Below, piece after piece: positions 17,941-27,400 of a stretch of DNA of 36,280 bases. This DNA is from Promethearchaeota archaeon (lineage in GTDB: Archaea > Asgardarchaeota > Lokiarchaeia > Sigyniarchaeales > SOKP01). Numbering within the stretch: the stretch's first letter is position 1; each line of letters starts with the position of its first letter. The DNA is taken from positions 1 to 36,280 of the forward strand of contig JAEOTS010000099.1 in NCBI GenBank assembly GCA_016839745.1, given 5' to 3'. Below the pieces are notes generated by a model that was given only the letters and a program-made list of their open reading frames with translations, had not been told where the DNA came from and did not search any database. The position numbers and the translations under genes are program-made.

Positions 17941-20721
17941 ATGACAGAATATAACCACCAAATAATTGAGAAAAAATGGCAAGAAAGGTGGGAAAAGGAT
18001 AAAATTTTCGAAGTGAGAGATGACAACTCAAAAGAGAAATATTATGTGCTTGAAATGTATCCCTACCCAAGTTCAGACCTCCATATGGGTCACCTTCGTA
18101 ATTATTCAATTGGCGACTCTTTTGCTCGATTCAAACGAATGAAAGGTTTTAATGTCCTATACCCAATGGGTTACGATAGCTACGGTCTACCCGCAGAAAA
18201 CGCAGCGATTGACCACGGAGAGGATCCTGAGGAGTGGACAAACTCTAATATGGCATCAATTCAAAAACAACAGAAACGAATCGGTCTTTCGTATGATTGG
18301 ACCCGTATGATCTATTCTCATGACCCTAATTATTACAAGTGGGACCAATGGTTTTTCCTAAAAATGTACGAAAAAGGTTTGGCTTACAGACAGGAAAGTT
18401 ACGTGAATTGGTGCCCAAAATGCGTAACTGTGCTAGCTAACGAACAGGTTCTAAGTGGCAAATGTTGGCGATGCAGTTCGGAGGTCGATCAAAAATTTCT
18501 GACTCAATGGTTTTTAAAAATCCGGGATTATGCCGAAGAACTTTTGGACGGTTTGAATACGGTTGACTGGCCTGAAAAAGTCAAAACAATGCAACGAAAT
18601 TGGATTGGAAGATCAGAAGGAACGATAATAAAATTCCCAATTGTAGGTGAAGAAAGAACCATCGATATATTTACCACTCGACCAGATACATTGTACGGCG
18701 TCACATTTATGGTATTTGCCCCCGAGCATCCTTGGGTTAAAAAATGGGTAGAAGGGACCAATTATGAATCCGATTTTCAAAACCTTTACGCAGAAACAAC
18801 TAAACAAAATAAATTTCAGAGAACTGATATCGATGTTGAGAAGAAAGGGATATTCATTGGAAAACACGCCATTAACCCGCTAACCAAAGAAGAGATACCT
18901 ATATATATTGGCAATTTTGTTATTTACGAATATGGTGCGGGGGCTGTAATGGCTGTGCCTGGACACGATCAACGGGATTTTGAATTTGCTAAGAAATACG
19001 ATATCCCAATAAAAGTAGTTATTCAACCGTTTGAATACGAACTAAATGCGGAAAAAATGACCAGAGCCTACGAAGAGGACGGAACTTTAGTAAACTCTGA
19101 TGAATTTGATGGTATGGAAAACCGATCCGCGATAAAAGCTATTTCTGAAAAACTTGCGTCAATCGATTTGGGACAGGAAACTGTGAATTACAAACTAAGA
19201 GATTGGCTCATATCCCGACAACGCTATTGGGGGTGCCCAATACCAATTATATACTGCGATAGCTGTGAAATTGTGCCCGTTCCTTATGAAAACCTACCTG
19301 TAGAATTACCTAAAGATGTAAAATTCACGGGAAAAGGAAATCCTTTGAAAACGAGTGAATCTTTTGTTAAAACCTCGTGCCCAAAATGTGGGAATCAAGC
19401 AAGACGGGAAACCGATACCATGGATACTTTCGTAGATAGTTCTTGGTATTTCTTCCGATATTGTGACCCAAATGAGGAAAACTTACCATACAAGAAGGAA
19501 ATTGCCGATTACTGGATGAATGTTGACCAGTATGTGGGTGGGATCGAACATTCGATTCTCCATTTAATGTACGCACGTTTCTTTACCCGAGTCGCTCGTG
19601 ATCTTGGACTTCAATCGTTTAACGAGCCCTTCCAGCGACTACTGACCCAAGGTATGGTTAATAAATCACATCCTTACTGTTCTACATGTGAAGCTTTTGC
19701 TATGAAAGCTGACATGACGAGTGAAAGCTGTAAAAGATGTGGAACTAAATATATTTTAAAAAGCGTTAAGATGAGTAAGAGTTACGGCAATACGATAGAT
19801 CCAATTGGGATGATGAACAAATACGGAGCAGACGCAGCTCGATTTTTTATTCTTTTTGGCGCGAGTCCTCAATCCGGTTTGGAATGGTCTGACGAGGGCA
19901 TTGGTTTTGCTTTTAAATTTATTAGAAACTTTTTTTACCTCCTAACAGAACCAATTCAAATTGAAAGGGAGGAACATACTTTAAGTGATCAGTTAATTCT
20001 TTTTAATTTGCATAAAACTATTAAACTTGTTTCAGAATATTATGAGAACATTGCCTTACGAGACGCAATTAATCATATAATCCAATTTACTTCAGAGCTT
20101 AGAAAATATAAAGAAAATAGCGGACAAAAGGAAGTTTTTAACGAGTGTGTCGAAAAATTACTATTGCTATTTCATCCAATCGCTCCACATGTCACAGAAG
20201 AATTGTGGGAGCTAAAGGGAAAAGCAGGATATGTTACTTTATCACCCTGGCCTTCATACGATGCTGATATTTTGACTCAAGAAAACGAATTTAAATGGAA
20301 ACTCATGAATAAGATAATAGATGATATTGATAGCATAAGACAAGCAACCAAAATTGGTAAACTGAACGAAATTACAATCATTGTAGCTGACGAGTGGAAA
20401 TTTAAGTTCTACGCACAACTGTTAGAGTTAATCGAGAAATCTACAAACCAAGGGGTCATCACAAAAGAACTGATGAAGCACGAAGAATACAAAATTCATA
20501 GTAAATTCGTGGTTCAAACGATAAAAAAAGTGTTGAACAACATAGGAAAATTTTCAAAAGTAACCCTTTTAGCAGGCGAAGAATTTCAATTCTTTGAGGA
20601 CATTACCTCGATTATTGAGAGACGATACGATTGTAAGGTCACGGTATTACTTGAAAAAAATTCCAACGAAACAAAAGCAATTCAAGCGCTACCCGGAAAA
20701 CCAGCTTTAATCATAAAATAA
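17941..20721 (+). CDS. leuS: Leucine--tRNA ligase
   Basis: YPYPS..LHMGH, editing-domain FTTRPDT and [35 protein letters not shown]. Confidence 0.98.
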   Translation: MTEYNHQIIEKKWQERWEKDKIFEVRDDNSKEKYYVLEMYPYPSSDLHMGHLRNYSIGDSFARFKRMKGFNVLYPMGYDSYGLPAENAAIDHGEDPEEWTNSNMASIQKQQKRIGLSYDWTRMIYSHDPNYYKWDQWFFLKMYEKGLAYRQESYVNWCPKCVTVLANEQVLSGKCWRCSSEVDQKFLTQWFLKIRDYAEELLDGLNTVDWPEKVKTMQRNWIGRSEGTIIKFPIVGEERTIDIFTTRPDTLYGVTFMVFAPEHPWVKKWVEGTNYESDFQNLYAETTKQNKFQRTDIDVEKKGIFIGKHAINPLTKEEIPIYIGNFVIYEYGAGAVMAVPGHDQRDFEFAKKYDIPIKVVIQPFEYELNAEKMTRAYEEDGTLVNSDEFDGMENRSAIKAISEKLASIDLGQETVNYKLRDWLISRQRYWGCPIPIIYCDSCEIVPVPYENLPVELPKDVKFTGKGNPLKTSESFVKTSCPKCGNQARRETDTMDTFVDSSWYFFRYCDPNEENLPYKKEIADYWMNVDQYVGGIEHSILHLMYARFFTRVARDLGLQSFNEPFQRLLTQGMVNKSHPYCSTCEAFAMKADMTSESCKRCGTKYILKSVKMSKSYGNTIDPIGMMNKYGADAARFFILFGASPQSGLEWSDEGIGFAFKFIRNFFYLLTEPIQIEREEHTLSDQLILFNLHKTIKLVSEYYENIALRDAINHIIQFTSELRKYKENSGQKEVFNECVEKLLLLFHPIAPHVTEELWELKGKAGYVTLSPWPSYDADILTQENEFKWKLMNKIIDDIDSIRQATKIGKLNEITIIVADEWKFKFYAQLLELIEKSTNQGVITKELMKHEEYKIHSKFVVQTIKKVLNNIGKFSKVTLLAGEEFQFFEDITSIIERRYDCKVTVLLEKNSNETKAIQALPGKPALIIK

Positions 20722-20722
20722 T

Positions 20723-23700
20723 TCATTCTTCTTTTGTATTTTCTTCAGATTTCACATAAACAAAAGCGGTTCCGGAGCAATATCCAATTCTATCTAAAAA
20801 TATTTTATATGTTTCATTAGTCGTTTTAGAAGAGTTAATTTTTTTTATTTTAGTAAAGGTATTATTTCGAAAAACTCTCTCCAATTTTTTAATTAGTGAT
20901 GTTGTTATATTTTCATTTTTTAACCCGTCAAGAGTTTTTAGTAAGAGAACTTCTGATAGGTTTGTTTTTCTTTTTATTTGAGTTGCTATGTGCGTTGCGT
21001 TTTCAGGGACAATTCCTTTATTACTTAAATCTCTCAGTGAAATACCGTGAGTTTTTTGAAGCTCTAAATTTAATTTTCTTATAAGAGCGTGTGTATTTGC
21101 AGCAGTTTTAATATCGCTGGTTGTATAATCGATTTCGGGTAAGTTGTCAAAGATATGTTTTAATTTCTCAAAATTAGAAGAACCTCGAATTACCATTGAA
21201 TAAAGTTTCTTTGAGTTTGGCCTAGTAGAAGGTGGATCATGTACACTAACGCTCATGATAACTCCCAATTTTTTCATAAGCAGATTTAAACCAAACACTA
21301 ATCTTCTTGAAGTAGTCTCAAAATTAAGATCAAAAGTACCTCCCTTAGTTCGGTAATCTCTTTCTGATCCATCACCTTTAAAATAGCTTGAAATAAAACC
21401 TTTCTCACAATCTGGCGTTGAATTATACAAAAACGATGGTAGTTCTTTCAAATATGAGTATGCATGCTTTAAACCTAAACCCTGAGTAAATATTGATTTA
21501 GCTAGCTTAGTTTTTGTCCTTAATTCATAACATTCATTATAAATACCGTTTTCACATTTAGGACATATATTTTGATTACCATTTTCAATTGTTTTGGACC
21601 CACAATTTTTACACTCTTTAACTCTTCTTGCTATTATTTGAAACTCTAGCCCAAATACTTCTTTAACTATTTTTTGAAGCTTTTGAATATATTCATAATC
21701 CGTGCTAACAGAAATTACTGTCGCGGGTTGATATTTGGATGGAAAAGTTCCTTCAGCTTCATATTGACCTAATATCGCTCCTAACTTTGCATTTTTTTTA
21801 ACGAAGCGATACGCTTTCTTATCGAATTGTTCGATGTATTGAACATTGTTTTTAGAAATCATCATCCCACAATTTATTAAATCTAAGGGTTCGTTATTTG
21901 GGTTGATTTTTAAAATTCTTGGCATTAAGATTGGCATTCCAATCTTTAGCTCACTTCCTTTAATTTCAATTATGTTACAGTCATTGTCTATAGTGAAAAG
22001 AAACTGGTCTGGAGTAATTATTACTGATCCATGGTTACAAATAATTTCTAAGGATTCCTGAGGTTTTGTTTTCATAAATCGACGAATATTCACTTTTTCT
22101 GGTTGTAGTTTGTTTGAAATCCCAAGAATTTGAAACTCCTCCATGTTTTTTAAAAATTCTGGATTTTCGAGATCTTTAATGAAAACACATTGATATTGAT
22201 TAGTTTTTGTTTTGAACAACAAGATATATTCATGCGATTGGATTTTCGGATCAAGTGGTAAATCTTCTCGAAAATATTTTCTTTTATACATTTTCATCCA
22301 TCCTTCATAAGATAAATCCGCACCAAAATATTTAGCATATTTATTATTCTGGAAGAACTTTTTTATATGACGCCGAATTGTCGTCTCTCCATAAGTATAG
22401 CCTTGATGATTTTCTAAATTTTTTCTAATAGCAGAGATGGATCCTCCTACTTCTCGATCCTGATAAATTTTTATCCATTTAATAACATCCTCATCGGTGG
22501 CTGTTTGCGTGCTCTTACGATTTCCATGTTTTACTTTAAATTCTTCATAAATCAAGCTATTCTGCTTAAAATATTTTTTCACAAAATATGTCATATCATT
22601 AAATTGATTCGGAATACCAATTTTTCGATTTAAGTGTTTATTGAAATCCCGAATAAAATTAAAAACCTTTGGCCACGATCCGCCATAATACTTTAGTTTA
22701 AATAATTCGATCCAAAATTCTATATCTCCATCAGAATATTTTGAAGAAATCGTATGCTTGTTCTTTTTCTGCAAGTAGGTTTTATCTTGAACGTCAAATA
22801 TAATCTTCTTGAATTTACTTCCAAGTTGTTCAATTATTTTAACTAAATCTCTTGGCGTAAAATTTAGAATTCTAAGAGTTAATTGGTTCTTGCTTGCTTT
22901 CAAAATTCGATTTAATTGCTTTTTTGGAGGGAATTGGGTAAGGAAATGGTTGAGTAATTGCTTCAGTTGCGATTTTTCCAATCTTTGGTGCGATAAATAG
23001 CGTTTAATTGCTCTTATATTGGTGAATAATATTATGTGTTCTGGATTTTTTTCGTAAAGAGTTTTAATTAGTCCTTTTAGTTCTACTTTTTCTTCTTGAG
23101 AGAGTAGCTCAGTTTGTTCTTTTTTGTATAATTCTTGGAACCTTGCTGTTAGTTCGTCGAGTTCGTTATAATCATCCACGATTTCTGTTAGATCCTCCTT
23201 CATTTGGGGGTGTAGTCTTTCTCCTGCATCTTCTTTTACCCAGTTTGAGAGATATTCTAGCCATTCTTTTTCTTTTTCTTGTTCGATGGTATGTTCGTTA
23301 GATTCCGTTTCGTTGGGAGCATCTTGCTCGATTTCTGTTATCTGCTCGAGAGTCTCTTCTAATTCTTGTTGAGGGTCATCTATTTCCCTACGTTTAAATT
23401 CATTAATTTCTAATTCTTCATTTAAATCTTCTAATTCAAGTTCTTCTTGATAAACGAACACGGTTTCAATCTCGTTGCTATCCTGTTCCTGAATCCTTTC
23501 AATTTCCTCTTCTGGATATGCCTCTATCTCCATTTCTTCTAGATCGTTCCCTACTTGTTCTTCTTCGTGCTTCACCTCTCGAATATCCAGATTTTCTTCA
23601 TTAAGTTCTTCGTCAATTTTAGTGCGTTCGAGATCGAACTCTGTAAATTCTTTTGTAGTCTTTTGATGATTTACATCTTCTTCGCTACTGGGAAAATTAT

Positions 23701-24517
23701 CCTCAGTAGAGTAAATTTGTGGATTAACCTCTTTAAATTGTTCTTGTTCTATTGTTTCTTCGTTTAATGCTGGCTCATGGTCGGGATCAATCAAGTCATC
23801 CCGATTCTCTTGTTCTAAATCATTTTCAGCGGCTATAGGTTCTGAGTCTTGTTCCTCACTACCAGTTTTATTTAATTCAGCTTGTTGTTGTTCGAGTTGA
23901 ATTCTTTCTTTCTCTTGTTCTAAAAATTGTTCCAATTCAGAAGGCTCATTTTCCAGAATGTCTGCTTTATTTTCTTCTCCTTGGTTTTCCCGTTCCTTTT
24001 CTAACTGTGCTTGAGCGTATTCCCTAAGATAGGCAATCATTTGGTTTTCCGTGATTAAAATAGTGTTCATAGTTTGAGCATATTGATTTTCGAATTCTCC
24101 GGAGTATCCTTCTTGTCCATAATTATCTCCACGCTCGTAGGGATCATATTGCTCAACATCACCTTCCAAATCGTTTTGGTCAGATTCTTGCTCAGATTCT
24201 TCCTCAGGGTCGTTATGCTCGAACTCATCCCGCTCTTCATTTCCTTCAGTTGCGTCACTAACATCAAGATCAGTTTGTTCAGATTCTTTCCAATCGATCT
24301 CATTCCAAATAGATTCTTGCTCTTCATCACTATTCACTTCGCTCCAATCGATATCACTCCACTTGTCATCGCCACCTGTTTCTAGTTCATCATCACTACT
24401 TTGTTCTTCATTATCATCGCTGTCTGATTCTTGTTCATCATCACTAATTTCGTCTTCATCACTCTTTTTCTCTTCTGATTTAAATTCCTCATCCGTATTC
24501 TCTCTCTCAAATTCCAT
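20723..24517 (-). CDS. 1264-aa multidomain protein: acidic low-complexity N-terminus, helical domain, tandem HTH-like repeats, C-terminal intein-derived Hint plus double LAGLIDADG endonuclease with a Zn ribbon
   Basis: About 410 D/E-rich residues; intein block B-like SVIITPDQFLF and ELKIGMPILMPR; LGQYEAEG and ISSYFKGDG; TTSRRL; CKNC...CPKC. Confidence 0.8.
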   Translation of the reverse strand: MEFERENTDEEFKSEEKKSDEDEISDDEQESDSDDNEEQSSDDELETGGDDKWSDIDWSEVNSDEEQESIWNEIDWKESEQTDLDVSDATEGNEERDEFEHNDPEEESEQESDQNDLEGDVEQYDPYERGDNYGQEGYSGEFENQYAQTMNTILITENQMIAYLREYAQAQLEKERENQGEENKADILENEPSELEQFLEQEKERIQLEQQQAELNKTGSEEQDSEPIAAENDLEQENRDDLIDPDHEPALNEETIEQEQFKEVNPQIYSTEDNFPSSEEDVNHQKTTKEFTEFDLERTKIDEELNEENLDIREVKHEEEQVGNDLEEMEIEAYPEEEIERIQEQDSNEIETVFVYQEELELEDLNEELEINEFKRREIDDPQQELEETLEQITEIEQDAPNETESNEHTIEQEKEKEWLEYLSNWVKEDAGERLHPQMKEDLTEIVDDYNELDELTARFQELYKKEQTELLSQEEKVELKGLIKTLYEKNPEHIILFTNIRAIKRYLSHQRLEKSQLKQLLNHFLTQFPPKKQLNRILKASKNQLTLRILNFTPRDLVKIIEQLGSKFKKIIFDVQDKTYLQKKNKHTISSKYSDGDIEFWIELFKLKYYGGSWPKVFNFIRDFNKHLNRKIGIPNQFNDMTYFVKKYFKQNSLIYEEFKVKHGNRKSTQTATDEDVIKWIKIYQDREVGGSISAIRKNLENHQGYTYGETTIRRHIKKFFQNNKYAKYFGADLSYEGWMKMYKRKYFREDLPLDPKIQSHEYILLFKTKTNQYQCVFIKDLENPEFLKNMEEFQILGISNKLQPEKVNIRRFMKTKPQESLEIICNHGSVIITPDQFLFTIDNDCNIIEIKGSELKIGMPILMPRILKINPNNEPLDLINCGMMISKNNVQYIEQFDKKAYRFVKKNAKLGAILGQYEAEGTFPSKYQPATVISVSTDYEYIQKLQKIVKEVFGLEFQIIARRVKECKNCGSKTIENGNQNICPKCENGIYNECYELRTKTKLAKSIFTQGLGLKHAYSYLKELPSFLYNSTPDCEKGFISSYFKGDGSERDYRTKGGTFDLNFETTSRRLVFGLNLLMKKLGVIMSVSVHDPPSTRPNSKKLYSMVIRGSSNFEKLKHIFDNLPEIDYTTSDIKTAANTHALIRKLNLELQKTHGISLRDLSNKGIVPENATHIATQIKRKTNLSEVLLLKTLDGLKNENITTSLIKKLERVFRNNTFTKIKKINSSKTTNETYKIFLDRIGYCSGTAFVYVKSEENTKEE

Positions 24518-24539
24518 TTACATCTCAAAACCTGATGAT

Positions 24540-26486
24540 TTAAGAGTTGTAATCTTCCGCCGTTTTCATCAAATAGCGTTCAGTATTCGTCATAATTAAC
24601 GCGTATCTGCCTGGTAAATTTAGGAGCATTTCTCTCTCGTTCATAGAACCAGTGAATATTTGGGGGCTTGGATATCCTAATTTGAACAAGATCTTCTGTC
24701 TTGCAGAATCGACGGCCGAAGGAAGTAATGAATGCGGTTTTTGATCCGCCTTAATGATTCCTAAACCTTTTTTTCTACTTTCATTAGCGAACCTGCTAAA
24801 AGAAGAGTTGGTTTTATTTTTCATTATGAATTCCGGAGATTCAGGGTGTTTATCACCTGGTTCTCCTAACAATCGGTGTGCCTCATCTAAAACTAGGATA
24901 TATTTCAGCATATTGGATTTTTCACGATCGATGGGGATTAAAACATCAATCATGTGTAAAATCATCATTCCTATTAAGTGTTGTTCTTCCTCCGTGCATT
25001 TGGTAAAATCAAGCAATACGGTCTCTCCTTCCATCCATTTATTAAACCAATTTGGAATATTCTTCCATTCTCCATCAAGGAGATTGAGCGTATTCATTAA
25101 ATCTTCCCGATAAAACAGTTCGTTAATCCGTCTTTTAAAAGTAGCTCGAACATGTTGTTTATATTCCGGTTCCCACGTTTTTGCTTTCATATTCTCATCA
25201 ACGCAATCAAAAAATTCCTTAAGATTGTCTGGAAATTTGTGAAATTTATTATAACAGATTCTAAGTGTCTCAGAAAATATAGTTGGTCCAATATGTTTTA
25301 ATCCTAAACAGGAAGCAAAGACATTACTCGTTGTTTTGATTGAAATCATAGTTCTTTCAGAAGGAGTAATATAGGGTATTCTCAATTTTTCAGAAGGAAA
25401 CTTAAAAACTTCAGCCATCGGATAATCATCCTCAAGGAATGATGTTGCGAAGTTAATGATTAATATACCCACATCTGGTCGTTTTGATATTATCTGATGT
25501 AGAATTAATTTAATCAATGTTGATTTCCCGGTTCCTTGCAACCCAAAAATGTCTAAATGAGTTACAAGACTATCCAATCCAATCAAACCTATCTCAGTGC
25601 TTAAAACACCTTTGTTCATCTTATCTCCGATATACAGAAAATTAGGATCGTTTTTAGAAAGCTCTAAATTAAAAGTGTTCCGGTTTTCCAAAATGGGTGG
25701 TTTTTTTAGATCCATTCCTTGGGGGATCTCGAAATCAATCATGTTGGGATTAATAAAGTTAGGCATCATTTCGATTGGTAGGTGTCCATATGTTGGTTTT
25801 TCGGGGAACACATCCGAAGTTAGAATTTTCCTCCAAAAAACGGGAGACCGTTCTTGGAAGGTTGCCTTCTGATACGGTGGTATAGAAATATCAGAAATGA
25901 AGTATCTTAAGACCGCTCTTTCGTTTATTCTTTGTTGTCTAGCATCCATAGAGAATTTAGGATTTGCATTTAAGCTTATAAATATCCTAATCATATACTT
26001 CAGTGGATCCGGATTTATGTGTAAATTGTCCTTTTTCCATAATATAAATAGATGTGCATCTAATTTCCTCTGTGGTGTTTTGTAATAATTGATTATTTTT
26101 CTAAGCAAGTGTATACGTATCGGAGGATTAGAGGGTAAGATAAGCTCGAAAATTTTTCTGTTGATATCTAAAAACCCCAAGTAAATTGGATCGACACTCA
26201 CACGTCCATCCAATCCCCTATACTTCTCCTGTAAATTATATAACAAAGCGACTCCAAATTCATTGGCTAATTCATAATCTTCACTAAAAAGAAAAAAATC
26301 CCAACAAAAACTACTTCCTAACTTGAATTCTACACCATAAGTTAAATTTTCTCCAAAAGGGTCATATAACCATGATACATCCATTATTTGCTTTACTTCA
26401 TTATCATGAAATCTCATTAATTCTTCTTGTTCACATGGTAAAGCTTGAGTTATACTGATTTTTGATCGATATCCTATAAGTTCCAT
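24540..26486 (-). CDS. HerA/FtsK/VirB4-superfamily ATPase (DUF87-like) with an unknown N-terminal domain
   Basis: HLDIFGLQGTGKST (Walker A), LVLDEAH (Walker B), ESRKKG...ADQKP (arginine finger and Gln motif). Confidence 0.88.
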   Translation of the reverse strand: MELIGYRSKISITQALPCEQEELMRFHDNEVKQIMDVSWLYDPFGENLTYGVEFKLGSSFCWDFFLFSEDYELANEFGVALLYNLQEKYRGLDGRVSVDPIYLGFLDINRKIFELILPSNPPIRIHLLRKIINYYKTPQRKLDAHLFILWKKDNLHINPDPLKYMIRIFISLNANPKFSMDARQQRINERAVLRYFISDISIPPYQKATFQERSPVFWRKILTSDVFPEKPTYGHLPIEMMPNFINPNMIDFEIPQGMDLKKPPILENRNTFNLELSKNDPNFLYIGDKMNKGVLSTEIGLIGLDSLVTHLDIFGLQGTGKSTLIKLILHQIISKRPDVGILIINFATSFLEDDYPMAEVFKFPSEKLRIPYITPSERTMISIKTTSNVFASCLGLKHIGPTIFSETLRICYNKFHKFPDNLKEFFDCVDENMKAKTWEPEYKQHVRATFKRRINELFYREDLMNTLNLLDGEWKNIPNWFNKWMEGETVLLDFTKCTEEEQHLIGMMILHMIDVLIPIDREKSNMLKYILVLDEAHRLLGEPGDKHPESPEFIMKNKTNSSFSRFANESRKKGLGIIKADQKPHSLLPSAVDSARQKILFKLGYPSPQIFTGSMNEREMLLNLPGRYALIMTNTERYLMKTAEDYNS

Positions 26487-26490
26487 TGAG

Positions 26491-27249
26491 TCACCATTGA
26501 GCTTCTTCTCTTGTTTTTATGGGTGTAACCCGCCTTCGAGTCAGAAATTTTGTTTTTGTTTTTTTTGTAATAAAACCTTGTTTTCTTCTCAGATGATGGA
26601 GATAAACAGTTTTTACTCCCATAGTAGCGGCTTTAAAACCATAGTAAGCGACGAGAATTGCTATGTAAGTTACAATTTCGTGAAATACTTGAATTTGATA
26701 TGAAGTGATAACTAACCAGACGATAGCCACCGATAATAGTAATAAAGTTATTTGATAAAGAGAGTATCTCCAATCGAAATGTATCGTTCCAACAATGGAT
26801 ACTAAGTCCGCAAACGAGGGTGCTGCGCTTAAAACAAGCGATATCATTATAAAGATGTAAATGTAAAAGATAACGACATCCAGACAGGGATTGAGCAAGT
26901 GTTCCCATAACATAAAAAAGAGCCAGAAGGAGATGTATAGTGGGGCTAATCCAATTAACACCGCTTGTAGAAATGTCAACTTCACGTAGTCCGTTAAATC
27001 GACTCTTCCACCGTATTTTAAGCCGAAATTGGCATCTGCATCAGCGCGCTTTACAATCTTAATGCTCCTTATGCGAGTGTTTGTGAGAACGCACATTAAG
27101 GCGTGGGAGAGTTCGTGGATTAGGATCCCTACTACAGCTAGGACTTGAAAAAATTTATCAATTGGGTTAGGTGCCCACTTCAATAGAACATAGGACAGGA
27201 CAACTGACGCCAGTGCAAATAAAACCATAAATACGATCTCTTCGAACAT
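26491..27249 (-). CDS. Membrane-embedded HExxH zinc metalloprotease (M50-like)
   Basis: LIHELSHA, GG.V, LAP, APSFAD motifs among several TM helices. The likely start is the ATG at 27249 rather than 27333. Confidence 0.78.
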   Translation of the reverse strand: MFEEIVFMVLFALASVVLSYVLLKWAPNPIDKFFQVLAVVGILIHELSHALMCVLTNTRIRSIKIVKRADADANFGLKYGGRVDLTDYVKLTFLQAVLIGLAPLYISFWLFFMLWEHLLNPCLDVVIFYIYIFIMISLVLSAAPSFADLVSIVGTIHFDWRYSLYQITLLLLSVAIVWLVITSYQIQVFHEIVTYIAILVAYYGFKAATMGVKTVYLHHLRRKQGFITKKTKTKFLTRRRVTPIKTREEAQW

Positions 27250-27400
27250 TGTAATAAACCCTAATAGTGTTTGTTCTTTACAAAGATATAATTTCGATAT
27301 ATATAAAAGGAAAATTTGAGGAATTTTCACCATAATTATATATTTATATTAAGTTGATTATTATAAAAATAGAATAAAAGACAAATTTATACGCCGCACC

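Noticed and set aside
20723-22250. Functional intein in a host protein
   Set aside because: All splicing residues are substituted and there is essentially no C-extein.
24540-26486. Canonical DNA-repair HerA
   Set aside because: No nurA, mre11 or rad50 neighbours, and the long N-terminus does not look like a HAS barrel by eye.
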